A stretch of DNA of 64,000 nucleotides, taken from the NCBI GenBank assembly GCA_977017645.1, contig OZ360230.1, positions 47,988,001 through 48,052,000 on the forward strand, written 5' to 3'. This stretch comes from Torpedo marmorata. Taxonomy: Eukaryota. Below the pieces are notes generated by a model. It did not search any database. It saw only the letters and a list, made by a program, of their open reading frames with translations, and was not told where the DNA came from. Below, one piece after another: positions 14,776-29,569 of the stretch. Position 1 is the stretch's first letter. Every line of letters starts with the position of its first letter. The translations under genes and the position numbers were made by a program.

Positions 14776-17700
14776 ATGTGTCTGTCTCTATGGTGGGGGT
14801 GGGGTGGTTCTCGCGTGCTCATGTAAGGGAAGGGGGAGAAAGAGGAGAAAGAGGAAGGAAACTGAAGGGAGTGGTCAGAATGGAAAAGAGGTAAGTGGCA
14901 CCAATGAAAAGGGAATATTGAAACAACCGAGTAACTGAAAAACAGAAAGTTTGCTAAAAACACAATCAAAGTAAGTAAGGGGATAAGCCCTACTTAGACA
15001 GTTAGTTGCGTATCGCCTGATTATATTACTTAGCCACTTCCTCTTTCGTTGTTTCCAATATTATTGAGGAAAATGATCGTCTCATTTTTGCAATTTTAGT
15101 CATGTGACTATATAGACATCATAAATTGCTCACGGGCATTTTGGGGCATTGTTGCTAATCATTCAAATTGTACGTCAACGTGTTGTAATTTAAATTGTTA
15201 CTCACAAGTGGCAATATAATAATATATCTAAATATTAGATCGATCATATATGTACACAAACACGTGCAAGTAAATACCAGCATCTTTGGCTCGTCTTAGT
15301 GCGCTTCCGAAATTGTTGTTATTGAATTCAAAAGCGTTCCACTCAAAGACCAAAATTACTTAAAAATAATTATGAAAGGAAAATATATCTTAGTTTTATA
15401 GTTTTAACTGACCATCGTAAATTGTGATGTGCAACGCAACCAAACTATACCTGGTAGCCACCTCAAAATAATCGTCATGGGGAAATCGCTTTTACCAGGT
15501 AATATTTAAAACCGATTTTGATCGCGGAGCTTGGTGTTTGTGGAAGTTTGACGTCCATTTTATTTAGCAAGTGAAGAAAGGCAACGTATAACTTTTTTTT
15601 TTGACAATTATACTTAACTTTGCCTGAGGTGAGGTCCATAGGGCAGAGTGTAGTTTTTGACATCTAGACTTGCAACACGCCAGAGGGGGTTTGCACAGTT
15701 TAGATGGAATGACAGTAGCCTGTAAATTGCATTTGTCATCGGACTGGACACGACAAACTTATGCCAAATCGAGAAGAGAAACAATTAACTAAAAAGTAGT
15801 CGCCCCAACATATAAGTCGTGAGTTAAATCTTAAATATTGTTTCCACATAAAAGGTCGTAAGTCAGTCCATTGCTGTCTGACCCTTGAGTTGCTTGTTAA
15901 AAGCATTATTCACACAGCCTCTAACAAAACCTCCTCAGCTTTCACGGAAATGTTTTTATTATTCTATTTTCTTACATGATTCGTTAATTAAGAAAGCTGA
16001 GTGATTAGAATAGCACCTGCGTGTTGTCAGGACGATTTCTGCATACTAATCTGTACATCTATATATCTAGTAATTATAACATAAAATAAGACATTGAATA
16101 GAACGCAAAGATTTTTTTCTAAGGCTTCTACTAATCCCCTATTAAAGGAGTCTTGTTAAATAATTCAGGACAGTTTCCGGAAGTGGGATTAGCGAGTCCA
16201 TTATTTTTCAATGAAATGATATTTCACACTCAAATGAACCTCAGTATTTCTATAACAGCCTCTGAAAGGTCAGCCTCTATTTTCCAGAAATTAGAAATCT
16301 AAAGGGGAGCTTGATTCTTTTATGAACACAGGGTGACAATAATCTCCTTAGGACCCGCAGCCGTAATTAAAAATGCAATGAAGAAACCAGGCTTTCTTCC
16401 TCTGATGTGGAATTTTACGATTTGAGTGCATGTCGCCAAATATAAATGTGAACTTTCCTGCATGGCCACCGAACATTCGACTGTTTTATTTAGGTATTCC
16501 AATCATCTTACTGTGGTGACACCGCTATATTGATAAACTCATGCGTGTATATTTTCTGTATCAAAATCCTGACAGCATGTTTTATGCTGATGTCTTGGCA
16601 AGAACATCATTTTGTCCAAAGAATGCAAACAAGGGAAAAGTCAAAGCGATAATTAATCCTTTTAACATTCTATGATTTCGCGTCCAGAACATACTGTAAT
16701 GCCATTCATATGTTATTAAATTAGATTTATACTGCATTTGCTTCGTTTTCAACCAGCATGCTCATACGAAGCTCTCTCTGCCTGATTCCAAAATACGTCA
16801 TACAATTTATTTACGAGTAATGTCAAACAAATCAATAAGGCTATATAATTATGCAACTTGAAATATTGGAAAATGTGAATGATATTGTTCATTTCTTATA
16901 TAGCTAATATATAGGGTCACGCTACCGTTGAACCAAATATGATACTGAGATGTTCATGATTAAGATATGCCTCACAAACACCAGGCTGGCTGTATTCATC
17001 ATTTTTGCAAAGCTGAAGTTTGCATGCTTGATTGCTTTATGTGGAACAGCACCAGATGCACGAGGAATACTGGAGTGTATGAAAGCAACACTGTATGTTA
17101 TTAATCTAAACTTCGAAAAATGAACATCACCATATGCAGATCGCCCAACCCTGCATTACCTGAATGACAGTTGTGGCTCTATATACCCCGAAATATGGAC
17201 TTCAGAGTCATTTGGCATTCCAGAGGGATGCAAAGTTTAACATAAACTAATATTTTACCAAAAAAAGACGCCATGACAACTAGAACCATACACCTGACGG
17301 ACATAACTTCATACTTATTTATTGAAAGCTTATAAAACGTGTCAAAATACAATTGAAGAATGCTTCAGTCAATAAATTAGTATTATTTGTCTATATTCTG
17401 TTACTGTCTGGTTAAAGTTAAATGTGACTTTTAAGTGCAAAATGAATATTCTAAAAGCATATCAGTATGAGCGTGTAACTGCCTTAATTAAATATGCAAA
17501 ACTGTTATTAGTTACCAGTAGCATTGAATGAACCTTTGAGAAGTATTCGGTTATCCAAACTTAGATATCGGGCCATCACTTCTACATGGTTGTTGATGCT
17601 AGAGCAAGAAAGGAAATGCAAAAAGTATGTTTGTCTTTGTTTGATTTTACATTTACACAAAACAGCGCTGGATTCATTTGTCGAGAGTATTTAAACGAAA

Positions 17701-20700
17701 TCCATCTTGCCTGTAATTGATTTATGACAATTTATATAATGTCTTTAACAAACTATTTGTGTTTTACAGGCCAAATGAACACGGTGACTATTTTAGATTG
17801 TAGGGTGCAGTTTCACAATTGCCCCCCTGCAAGATCAATCTTGTGAACGCGGCTGACGACCCGTTTCAGGGTGGTTTAAAAAAATAAGATTATAAATATG
17901 ACATTTCATCGCATCTGATTTTGCTGCAGCTGGTAAACGTCAGCAAGGTTAGTTATAGCATTTATTAACATGTAAATCGAAATCCACGAATATAATAAGC
18001 ATATATGCCAACATTGTGCGACAGACAATATGGAGCCAGTCCACTTAAACAACATGCATCTGAAAAGCTAAATATTTAAATATCGTTATAATTGTTTATC
18101 AACGGTGCAAACCACGTTTTGCCACTTGAATATATTGTTATGAATATGCACGTGTGATTGTTTAAGTACTTAAAGTTAGTATTTTGAATTTATAAAGGTC
18201 AAGGCGCATTCTACTATGAATTTGCGATCTTGGGACTGGTTCCACAGAAGGACGACTGATAGATTGTTCGAATGTTTTAGATATACATTGATTAAACGAA
18301 TAAAGTTGACCGTGGCTCTTGAAATGAAGGTGTTAAATCTGCTTTTGGAATGGCAGTAAAATAAGAAAACAAGACTTCAAAGATGTTGAAATGCGTATTG
18401 TCTATATAGGAGAGGAAATAGATTTGAAATATCACTTGGATTCTACGGGGTCTCAATTCAATGTTACCATTCGATTAAACAGTGTTTTGCTTTGTCTTTA
18501 CCAGCCTGTACGCTTTTTATCCCTCGTAGTTAGGAACCGCATTCACCACATAATATCTACGGTTTATTATGAATTGTAAAAATCAACATATGGTCCACAG
18601 TTTCAAAGGTTTACCGAAGCTGCACGATTTTAATAAGTCATGTGGGTGACATTGTCGACGTCAGAATCTCCACCAGGGGTGATTTCTTCGGACAAATATT
18701 GTTTCTTGGAGCGAACTTCCGTTATTTCTACTTCTTATTAGATCACTATTACCAAGGCTTATTAAGCAACATTATTCAAATTATGTTTTGGCGGATGTTT
18801 AACCAGGTTGCGAATATTTCCTTGTTACACATGTGAAGGAAGATTTAAATAAAAAGTTTTGTGTTCAGTTGGTGCGCATTGAACACGTTATTTCAAACCA
18901 ATTCTTTATTTACCTCGCAATCGTGACGTCTTGAGACTAGCATAAAATAATATGGCATAGGTGCCTATGATTCTCCAAAGTCTTTTCCATTCTTGCATTT
19001 GGTTGAAGTCAGCTTTTCCGAGGGAAATTCATTATAAATCTCAGTGGAAGCGTTTCCTTTGCTTTAAAACAGCCTCTAAATTGTTTGTAAATGTATAATA
19101 ATATATTTCCCCATTATTTAAGTTGCAATCCATCGCCTTAAACTAAATGCTTTTGACCGACACTACAAGAAACTGCTAACAATCTTCAACCGGCGTTAAG
19201 AAACCTATCGGGGTAGGGTGGGGAGGTTGGGGGAGCGAGGGGTGGGGGTAAATCTCTGCTATATTTGTCATTACGTGCATAATCGATCACATATCACTTC
19301 CTTCTAATTTGTATAAAGGCTATGAAAGGTCCTTGTCAACTATTACGCAGCATGTTTTAAATAAGTATGTTGGCAATGAATATGCAGTGATTGTTCTGTG
19401 GCCGATCTGTTCCTGTTATTCAGTTTTGATGATAAATTCTGAAATCAAGTTCTATGCACAATATAATAATAAGAAAAACATCCCTGTTTTTGATTCAAAT
19501 GCAACATCGAAATTGGAATGTCAAATTGACGACTTACAAGACATTAATATGGGGCACAACTATTTGCGTTGATTTTTTTTTAACCCAGCTCATTGTTTTG
19601 TATTCTGGTCGTCTTGTTGTTTGAGGATACTAGTCCTTATACATTCATTGCTTTGTTGTCAGGACTTATCAGTGAATGGACGTTAATTAATGCTCTCCAG
19701 AAGCTTGGATGGGGTGGATGATAGGAAGCAACAGGGGATGAATCCCTCCAAAATGGTTTGTCAACGATGAGAAAGAAAAGCCAGTGTCAATAAAAGAACC
19801 ACTAATGATGGCCACACGTCTCTCACCATGTTGTCCAACGTGCCTTTCCATCTCTTATTGACGATAGTCAAGTGTAATAACTGCATATCCTCAGCCAAGC
19901 ATTATAGCTTTTCGCCGTGTGGATTAATTAGTAAGTGTTGACACCTCTTCACTTTTTTTCTGACCACCATTTTGGACAAATATCGAAGTAAGCAAGAGTG
20001 TGAACATACAGTGGAAGAGGGATTAAATTTCGATTTTCGCCGTTCCTATCACTTAAAAATCCATTTGGTACTTCAAGGTTCATAAATTAGAGACGACAGA
20101 AAAAAATTGTTAAGTCACCGGAAAAATTGCTTGCTCATTTCACCATCAACCACAGCGTAAAAGAAAGCGCATGCGTATAGATTTAGATTCTATTGAGTTT
20201 TAACTAAGAAATGGATCGAACTGTCATGTTTATGCGAAAAAGGGAAATCGTTCCAAATACAATAAGTTTAAGATGACACATCTATGTTCAAAAATATGTT
20301 CACCAAAACAGATAAATTCGACTGAAATAAAACCAGCCCTAACCAATTTCATGTGACTGAAAGCCTTGCCATCATTTTGGTAAGTTGCCATTTGTTTCAT
20401 CGTCGCGTGAGTGATTCACCCGACGTGATATCACATAACTCAAAAACAATTTGAGTTAAACGATGTAATCAAACAATATTTGAACACAGAGCGATCACAT
20501 TTTGAAGTTGACATCCACAATCTATGCAATCCTTATTTTTTGTCAGTTACGAGGGGCAATATCAGCCCTAAACACTTACAGATTTGCTGTTAGCGTGCTC
20601 TGAGCAACAATTGAAAAAAAGACGATCAGGATGGGTGACTATCGATTGCAATAAATATCTCGCACTTCCGGCAGCAATTCAACGTGATTTTCTGCATCTA

Positions 20701-23700
20701 CTATGATACAGTATTGCGAAACATAATGCACTTAATGCAGTTGCCAATAATTCCCTTGGACCGTGTTGACAATAAATCATTCGCCTGAGATCCAGGTCTC
20801 AACTGAAGGTCCCGAATGTCCATACAAAATAAGAAAGGGTTGCGTGTTGTTAGGGACATGTATTGGACGAAATGTTGAAATCGTGGTAATAAATTCATTG
20901 GAACATTGCTTCTCTGCAAATTGCAACTTGACTGTCTTGATGAGAGGCAGCTATTAACGAGACGAGTGGGCTGCTAACTTATTTGATTGTCAATTTACTC
21001 AAATTTGGAAAAGATTGATTTGTGACAGGAAGCTATAATAATCCCAACCGAAAGAATTCCCGATTAAAAGTTATTATCTATTGTTTGCTCGGTCCTAACT
21101 TAGCGTGGACTTAACATGGAAACCAACAGGACAGAATTGTGGACAGTTTTAAAGGCGACAAGGATAGAGCTATGAATAGTTTAATTAAAACTAGCTTATA
21201 TTGTTAAACACGGTTTTGTGAAAAAAAAACTGCTGAATGAATCTGTTTCAGGTTGAATGCTTTTTAACAGATCTCTTTTTAGTGGTGTCGGGCGCAATGT
21301 AATGCCTCACTTCTTGTATAGTGCCCATTTGCCGTGTTCTCAAAAAAAAACCCCGACATAATCAAAAAGTGAACAGCAAACAAAAGATGTAGGCATTACA
21401 AGCGATTGAAGAGCGAGGAGAAAGTGCATTGATTTACTTGGGACAACTCGGCCCTAAATCCATTCAGGGATAGTAAACAACCAGGAAAAATAAAATCCAC
21501 GTTTGTTTTGTTTTGTCCTGGGGAAAAAAATACTTTGTTAAACAATTGTAATCTAAAAGGTTGACATGTCATAATGCATTTGGTTGTGTATTTATTGGAG
21601 CCCATATTATTACGCTAAGTTTACTTTTTATCAATATTTTGTTCAATTGTTTTCTCTCCATTTTTAATTTATAGCAAAATACACAAGTTGAAAGGAAAGT
21701 TTTACAAGACGATTTCCCAACAGAATTTGGATGAAGGAAAGATACTGAAAGGAGGAGAAAACAAAATTTATGTTCTTTGAGTAATAGAGATCACTGCGAC
21801 CAAATCTCACTACGATACTGTAGTAAATTGCATTGAACAAAATGGCGACCGTGTAGTAATTTGAAATGTAAAGCCCGAGAATTAATGTTTCTCTACATTG
21901 TTATTACATCATTACTAGAAAATAAAATGGTCGATATTGATTCAAGAAACACTCATTTAATGCAAGCATAAGCGCAGGAAAATGTTATGCCAATGTTCTA
22001 CTCATCACTCAGATTGTGACCTTTTAAAGCCACCGTTCTATTTCTATAGCAATTATTTCATCAGTTTTATGCACTGAATGGTATACAAGAATGGACTACC
22101 ATTTTAAAATACGAATTTGAACAGGTGCGGCAGCAAGTCAACGATACACATTTGTCCTTTATTCTAAAATGTATCAACAGTTCTAACGCTGTCCGGTCTG
22201 CTAAAGGTAGAAATACAAGTCCTTCTATCTTTTCTCTCTTTAGAAACGGTTCAGAACTAACGGACAGAAAACGCTTAACACAGAGGAGAACAAATCGCTG
22301 ACAAAGAACGCTTTCCGTTTCATCAGCGTCGTTAAGACGACGAGGAAGAATCTCTTAGATAATAACTCCCACTTCAAAGAATTGTGCTCTGAATAGAGAA
22401 TGTACCATCCTTTTTATACAGCCACAAGGGTTTCACTAAAGAGGACTCGACTGTTTGGTTATTTTTCACCGTGTTTATTTTTCGCCATTCACTGGGTACT
22501 TGTATAAAATAAACAACAAGACAATTACTAAAAGACGAATTCCCAACTTATCTGCTCACAGGACCCAGATTGAACCCGCTGTGCTCCCTCTCCGAGGAGC
22601 CAAACCAGTTCGATTCAGACCATCCCTAATCCGCCTGAGAATTCGTCCCAACCCCAAAATATTAAAGATTATGATGAAGTGAAGATTGACTGTACTAACC
22701 TAGCATGAAACCAAAGGTCAACGCAAATGTATCTTAATAGAGTGTCTCGAATCGAATGTGCCTCCTTTGAAGGCAGTTTGCTATTGCTCCGTTCATTACC
22801 ATAGCGATCCTAGTGTGCTGTGCTGATGTACCATAAAACTCACACTTTGGAATTCTAAAACCCAGCTCTTTGAACAGCCCGAGTCTGATTAGAGCCCTTG
22901 TGTCTTTTATTTTCTCTCTCGTTCTTTCAGAAAAAAAGAATCTCCTAGTGTTTTTTTTAAAGTTTACAAAAAGTTGAACTCGCTCCCTGAGTAACTATAT
23001 TAAATAGAAATAGGACATAAAAAGTTATTGACACTCTATCTCAAGCTGCCTCTTTCTATTCGCTGGAGGTTGTAGGGTTACACTTGATGTTTCATTTATG
23101 TTTGATATAAGGCATGATTCGCACAAGGTTTTCTTTGCTCTCTAAAGTAGCAACACCGTAAAACAAATATATATATACACTCATGTGATTGCACACACAA
23201 ACTTGCTTACATATGGCTCTTAAAGAAGTAAACATTCCGTCCTTAATGAAAAGACTGGACTAGCTCCAGACTTGGCTTTCAGTATTTAAGTATGACTTGT
23301 CTATCGCCATAGAAATCCTAACTCACCATGAAGATTCACCGTTGCGAAGAAATACTTCTTTGTAGATTTTTCTTCTTTGATGTTTCCACGAAGATATTCA
23401 GCCTTTTGAGTTGAGGCTGCCTGGATTACCTATAGCAACTGGGTGGACATCTGGAACAAGTAAATAAAAAAGGTGAACAGCTATCCATCGTAATGTTTCC
23501 ATTTATAAAACTCAATAAAATTTTTGCAGCATCCACGACTTCAAAAAGTTGGAAAATGAACGAAACGTTAATTTAATTGGTTTTTATCGTTTTCCGCGAA
23601 ATCAAATCGCATTTATCAAAAGTGAATTAAAATAAATACATGAAAACTTTCTTTCCTTGTTTTTATGGACTTTATCACTATTCGGCGATCCCCCATCGTC

Positions 23701-26107
23701 TGGCTGCGGTCCTGTTCAAAATATAGGTTCGCCTGTTCGCTGTGTCTTTCATGTGAATTTGAACATTTTAATATATGAATACTGCATCTTTCTGAAGATG
23801 CGTTTCCTCAATTTAAACATTCATTTAATCAATACTTTCTTTTCTTTCGTCCTACAATGGTTTCAGTACTAGGTCTCAGAAAAACGTAATTGAAGAAAAA
23901 GAACGAACTAACTTATTTAATAAGATGTGATTGAGATCAGGCAGCTTTACACACAAGCGGTGCAATAGAGCAAACTAGGGGAAAAGATGATTGGATTATT
24001 AATATATTTTCACAGCTGTCCATACTTTACTGGAATATATAATAGATTAGGCTTTCTCTAAATGAGAAACGAATATATTAAGACCGTATTATTTATCTTG
24101 CATAGCAACCTAGTTCCCTTACTGTGCAACACGTTATGTTCCCATTTGCTAGGCCCCTTTACCAGAAAACGTGAAGAGAAAACGACCAGGCTGTCATAAC
24201 TGCCAGTGATAATCCTTAAACTCCTGAATGCGTGCGTAGGTGTTTGAGGAAATGTGAAAAATTGTGAAAGATCGTCCATTTTTCAATTACTAAGCGCAGT
24301 TTGTCCTTAAGTAAAAAAGTTTATTTTTTTTCAGTTCGTTTGGATTCCCGAAGGATTATGGTTTTTGTAAAATATAGATTTTGATTAATCAAAGGTGTCA
24401 CATGGGGACATTTGCACTAAACTGATAAAGAAAATTAATTAACACACGGTGATGATTTATCAATGGTTTCTTGTATTGAATAAATGTTTTAAGCAATATT
24501 TTAATCACAAAACGTGTGTGTGTATGTATATATATATATAAAGAAAGGATAGAGAGGGGGGAGAGCGAGATATGTATCCATGTTTTTTTTAAAGAATCGC
24601 TTATTACGATCCTGTCTATCGGCTATCATCTCTATAATTGACATCTGCATGGGTTTAGCTTTTCATTGTAAAATGGAGCAGTCATTTTTCATCTTATTTT
24701 ACGAAATTTATTAATTTTCCAAGACGCATTTATTTGTGAATTTTTGGCAATACAATGGGAAACTCTACATAATTCATTCGTACATTGGCAAAATACAAAG
24801 TGGTTTTAGAACACATTCCAACAACTTCTCCTTAAACAGTAGGATTTCACCGTAACAATATCTCGGTCATACAACTTCTTCACCAACTATATTTAGGGTT
24901 CCACAAAAGGCAAACGTGCTTCGCCAATGTTACTTATTTTCAAATGGAAATGCGATTTGAATAACGTATTGTGGCGTTCAAGGATGTACTAAGAAATGTG
25001 TCGTTCCTGACTAAAAACATGACCAAGGCAATGAGTTGGATTTTATTCTTTAGAGGTGGTTAATTATATATGTCACAGAGATAGGACAGAACCAATGCTT
25101 TACTATACATATTAACAACAAATAGGTCAATTCCTAAAATGTATTTAAATCTTATTCTTATTATTATCAATTTATTACAAACCAGTGCCCACGTATATCA
25201 AAACATGATCAAAAATACAGAAATAAAATTATCCTACATAGTCAAAACCGCCATTTATAAAACACTATAATTTACAGAACAGACGCTAATGTTTTAACAT
25301 AATCTAAGAAAAAATGTACACTATTTAACTGCCCTGTAATAAAACACTTTGGTTCATTTATACAAAATGTGTTTTATTGTAACATTTTTAATAAATTATT
25401 TTTTTTAAAAAACAAGAAAACAAGAGCGATCTACTTAACACATACATACGTGCATATCAATGCCAATATTTATATGATTTACAGGCTGTAAAATGTCTTA
25501 CACGAAGATGCTTTTTGTAAAAATGTTTAAAGAATAGGCATGCTTTTAAGCAGACAGTATCCATTTTGTTTTGGCCTACAAAGGCTTTTGTACATTATTA
25601 TTCACATCAGGTGTATCTTCCAACCCTCTCCTGCTTTTCAAAGCAACGTAACATACCCCTTTAACAACACGGAATAGTCGTTTGTGATTTTTCCAAAAAG
25701 TAGGAAAATAACAAAGAAAAATTCAAAAGTAATTGGCCTTGTACAATATTTTATGCAACAAAAAAAAAAAAAGGTAGTAGATGGGAAAGCGGTAAGGTGG
25801 GGGTGGGGGACAATTAGAACTGATTCGAATTGCTTTGTTGTTAAAGGTGCGTTATTCCCGACTATTGACTTCAACTTGTGTAAGTTTGCAATCAGGATAC
25901 ATCCTCTTTAATACATGTCTACATCGTTTTGTGTATGCCAGTGTATTGTATTATGTTCACATTACCTACTAACTAGGCGCTAGGCCTGCAGAAAATCAAG
26001 TAATTCAAGTCAAACGTTGCGGTAAGTATGGGATTCCAGACATCTATTGAACAAAGGTTACGAGTTTATTTTTATAAATGCACGTCCAACTAGTTTTATG
26101 TTTCTTG

Positions 26108-26544
26108 TTAGAGAATAGTTCTGGGATCAGAGTTTCTGTAAGAATGCTCTCCTGGTCCAGGTGATGATGAATTGCTTGGAGGAGTTGGAATACCACTTGC
26201 TCCTGTGCTCTGACACACATACCATTCGCTCAGGTTAGCTGCGTGGGAAGATGTGATGGGATCAAGCTGGGAGGCTGGAGCCGGGGGGTCCCGACCTGAG
26301 TCCGAAGACGGAGACACCAGCGAAGGGGTAGAGGATTCGTAGCCCGAGCTTGGAGGAGGAGATTTGCAGTGGACTTTCATATGCTTACGAAGGGAACTGG
26401 GGTGCGTGTACGATTTATCACAGCCTCTTACTTTGCAGTTATAGGGCTTGTCACTTGTATGCACATGAGAGTGCTTTTTCCTGTCGCTGCTGTTAGCAAA
26501 ACGTCTGTCACAGCCTTCAAACTCGCATTTAAAGGGTTTTTCAC
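26108..26544 (-). CDS. zic4: Zinc finger protein Zic4, coding exon 2 (ZF4, ZF5, C-terminus, stop)
   Basis: Acceptor ttttag|GTGAAAAACCC (AG at 26546-26545), phase 1 and matching exon 1. Encodes [71 protein letters not shown]...NLSEWYV. The CKVRGC ZF5 and the absence of an intron in ZF5 are Zic4/5-type features. TAA at 26110-26108. Confidence 0.95.
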
Positions 26545-29500
26545 CTAAAAGGAAACCACAAGGGGCAGAGTGATGAGTCACAAACGTTAAGGTATTTTCT
26601 TTTCATTATTATAGTCCACTATGAAAGTCACTAACACGCGTTTTAATAAATATCGAAATAACCACTTGAGGAATTATAGTAAAATATTGCATTCACTTTC
26701 TTGTAGATTGAAGTATAATTTCTTCTCGTCGGTCTCCATCATTTAAGCATTCTCCTTGTGATTTACAATAAATTCCCGACACAGCAGAAGGGGGAATAGC
26801 AAAAAAAATAGATACTGATAATTATTTTAATAAAACATGTCAACACCATTCAACCTGATCTTAATGCAAGTAACTATATCTGCAGTAAATATAAAAGAGC
26901 GTGGCTACAGTGTAAAGCTTCACAACTGAATTCGTCTCCCCGAACTCTCAAAATGTCGATTTAATATTACACCGTAATTAGCCAAACGTTCAGAAAGCCG
27001 TTAGAATAATTTGACCTTCACTTGCTAGGTTGAGACGGCCAATCAACGATATTAGTGTAGTACAAGCTAGTAGTAAGTTAGTGGGCCCATGGGGAAGCCC
27101 AGACGCATAAACACTGTTATTGTGCCGTGTCTGGAGCGTCCGACACTACGAGCATGAAGTCTGCTCTGACAATTCCCGAGAGCTCTAAACTCCTCCTGGC
27201 TACTCATTTCTCCTTCTTTACTATTAATGCTGTGTATAAAAGAGTGAGTAATGTAAGATTAACTGCGACCAATCCTTGTTAACTGTCATTTCACCAGCTA
27301 GCTTAGCCTTGGCTGAAATAAAACGTCCCAAAGCCTAACATAACTTTATACTAGATAATTCAGGAAAAGATGGCGACGTGGTGATAAACTCTATCAGCTG
27401 TTTGTGCATTCTAATAAATTATTTTAATATCCATGTTTAATTCCCGTTTTAAACTTTAAACGGCAATATTTTATAAGTGAGGTGACAAAACTACTGAAGC
27501 TTCTGTTTACCCAGAGGCGATCTTTTCATGCTTGTTGAAATAAATAATGTAAAAGGGTCGGGATTTCAATTCAATAAAACCTGCCTATAAAGGACTGAAG
27601 CCAATCAAACGGCATGAATATTTTACAAGATAATTACTTTGTTAATAGAATTACTATACTTGCTATTTTTTATTTAAGAATTTAGTAACATTAGTGTTTT
27701 CAATTTTAAACTGAAAGAGAAATGCAATATTTATCATAATTACAGTGATTAATTGCAACATATGGAGAACGCTATTTAACTGAAATATGGGAATGTGTAA
27801 GCATTCGACGCTACAAAACATTCAGCTGTTTTATTGGTTGCTATATTATTTTAAATAAATAGAAATACGGTCGGTCGAATGAAAGCTCTTGTAAATTAAG
27901 TACTCAGCACTCTAAACTGCTGAGCTGAAGTCGATGAAGTGCTGGGAAAGTTTGTTTAGGCAAGCACACTACAATACTATCAAGTGTCAGACACGCACAG
28001 GCAGCGCGCCTGTTCTGCACCAGCAACATTGCAAGATTTACATGTGTTACATACTTCACGATTTAAAAGTATGGAAACCGAATGATGCCATTGCTTGATA
28101 TTTTTCTAAAATATCTATTTTGCATATTTTGCGACAACACGCCATGCATTTTATTTTTTTTTCATCCCATAAGCAGCAATTTACGGCCGCATCTGTGCTC
28201 TTTCATTTAGAATGTATGAGGAAAAAGTATTTTGAAGTTCATATGTACCCGCGTTTATTCTTGTTAAAACAATGTCACAAACCACCTCTTGATCCGATAT
28301 ACACCGAAAGTTCCATTTGATCTAACCTACACCCGGATTGAGGGGTGAATAGAAGTTTCAGTGGAAAATAGTGTCTCGGTTTAAATTGTGTCTATTGATT
28401 TCACAGAGAATCCCTCTCTCTTTCACCACCCCAAACATTCGCCTAAACCCCCCACCCCCGCCCTTATTCCCTGCACCCCCCCCCCTCCATGTTCCCCTCC
28501 GCCAACTATACTTGGACTTAAAATCGACCAATGTTTTGCAACCGAATAGGTTACAGCGATGTAATATGTTAATCGTTTGAGGAGATACCCGCTATTGCGT
28601 GGGGGTGGGAGTGGGAAGCAGGGATGTTAGGGGAGGGGAGCATTTGGAAGATGGAGAGTAGATTTCGTGGGTCTACATTACCCTTCACTATTTTTTACCC
28701 GAGTAAGGCTACGCACAAGCAGATTGCAATAAAAAGAGCGTGTCAACGACGGATTGAACCGTTGCTCTAAAACCAATTAACCGAGGGGCTTCCAGAGAGT
28801 GTGGAAATTTTACGTGCAGTTTCATTACTTGTATCTTATCCGGTGAAGTTCAAAAGCAGCTTTGAATAAGCTTCGATCTACGCAATTTACTTGCGGCTAA
28901 GTAAAGCTAGCAGATGTTTTTGACACATGTCCAAGTTTCACAAATGGTTCTGCAAAAGGCATTTTTCGAAAAGCTAGGCCCAAGCACTTGCTTTCATTAC
29001 TCTTGAGATTATAACATGTTTAGGGTCATAAATAATGATCCGCGTAGACAGTTGAAAATATTAAATTGAAATAAAAACATTTAAGTTAATGCGTTCATGT
29101 TTTCATATTCTCGCAAAAAAACCCAGAAAATATGCAAAATAATGTTAATAAATCTTCGTCATATGCAAAATTTCCATTAAATATACTTAATATCAAAACA
29201 ACGTTCATAGATATTGGCGGGCAATGCTTCGTGAAAAATAAACGCATTTTAACTGTGTTTGAAAGATATAAATTTATTAGCTTTTAATAAAGCAACACAA
29301 CTTCGCAATTGGCAACTCTAAGATTATTTACAGCTAAAACATTTCAAATTATTTATTGCCCACAACATTACGAAGTTCTCAAAGCTGGGTGATTCATATC
29401 AATGCTGTAAAATTAGGCTATCTTCCAAGACACATAAATGCTAGCTTTAATCTGCGCTGCATTGAAGTCCCACTGGTAAACAAAATCGAAAATATGTTTT

Positions 29501-29569
29501 ATTATTTCGTTAATTTCTGGATACCGAAATGAAATAAACATGAAATAACGACACTTGGAAGGTACTGAC

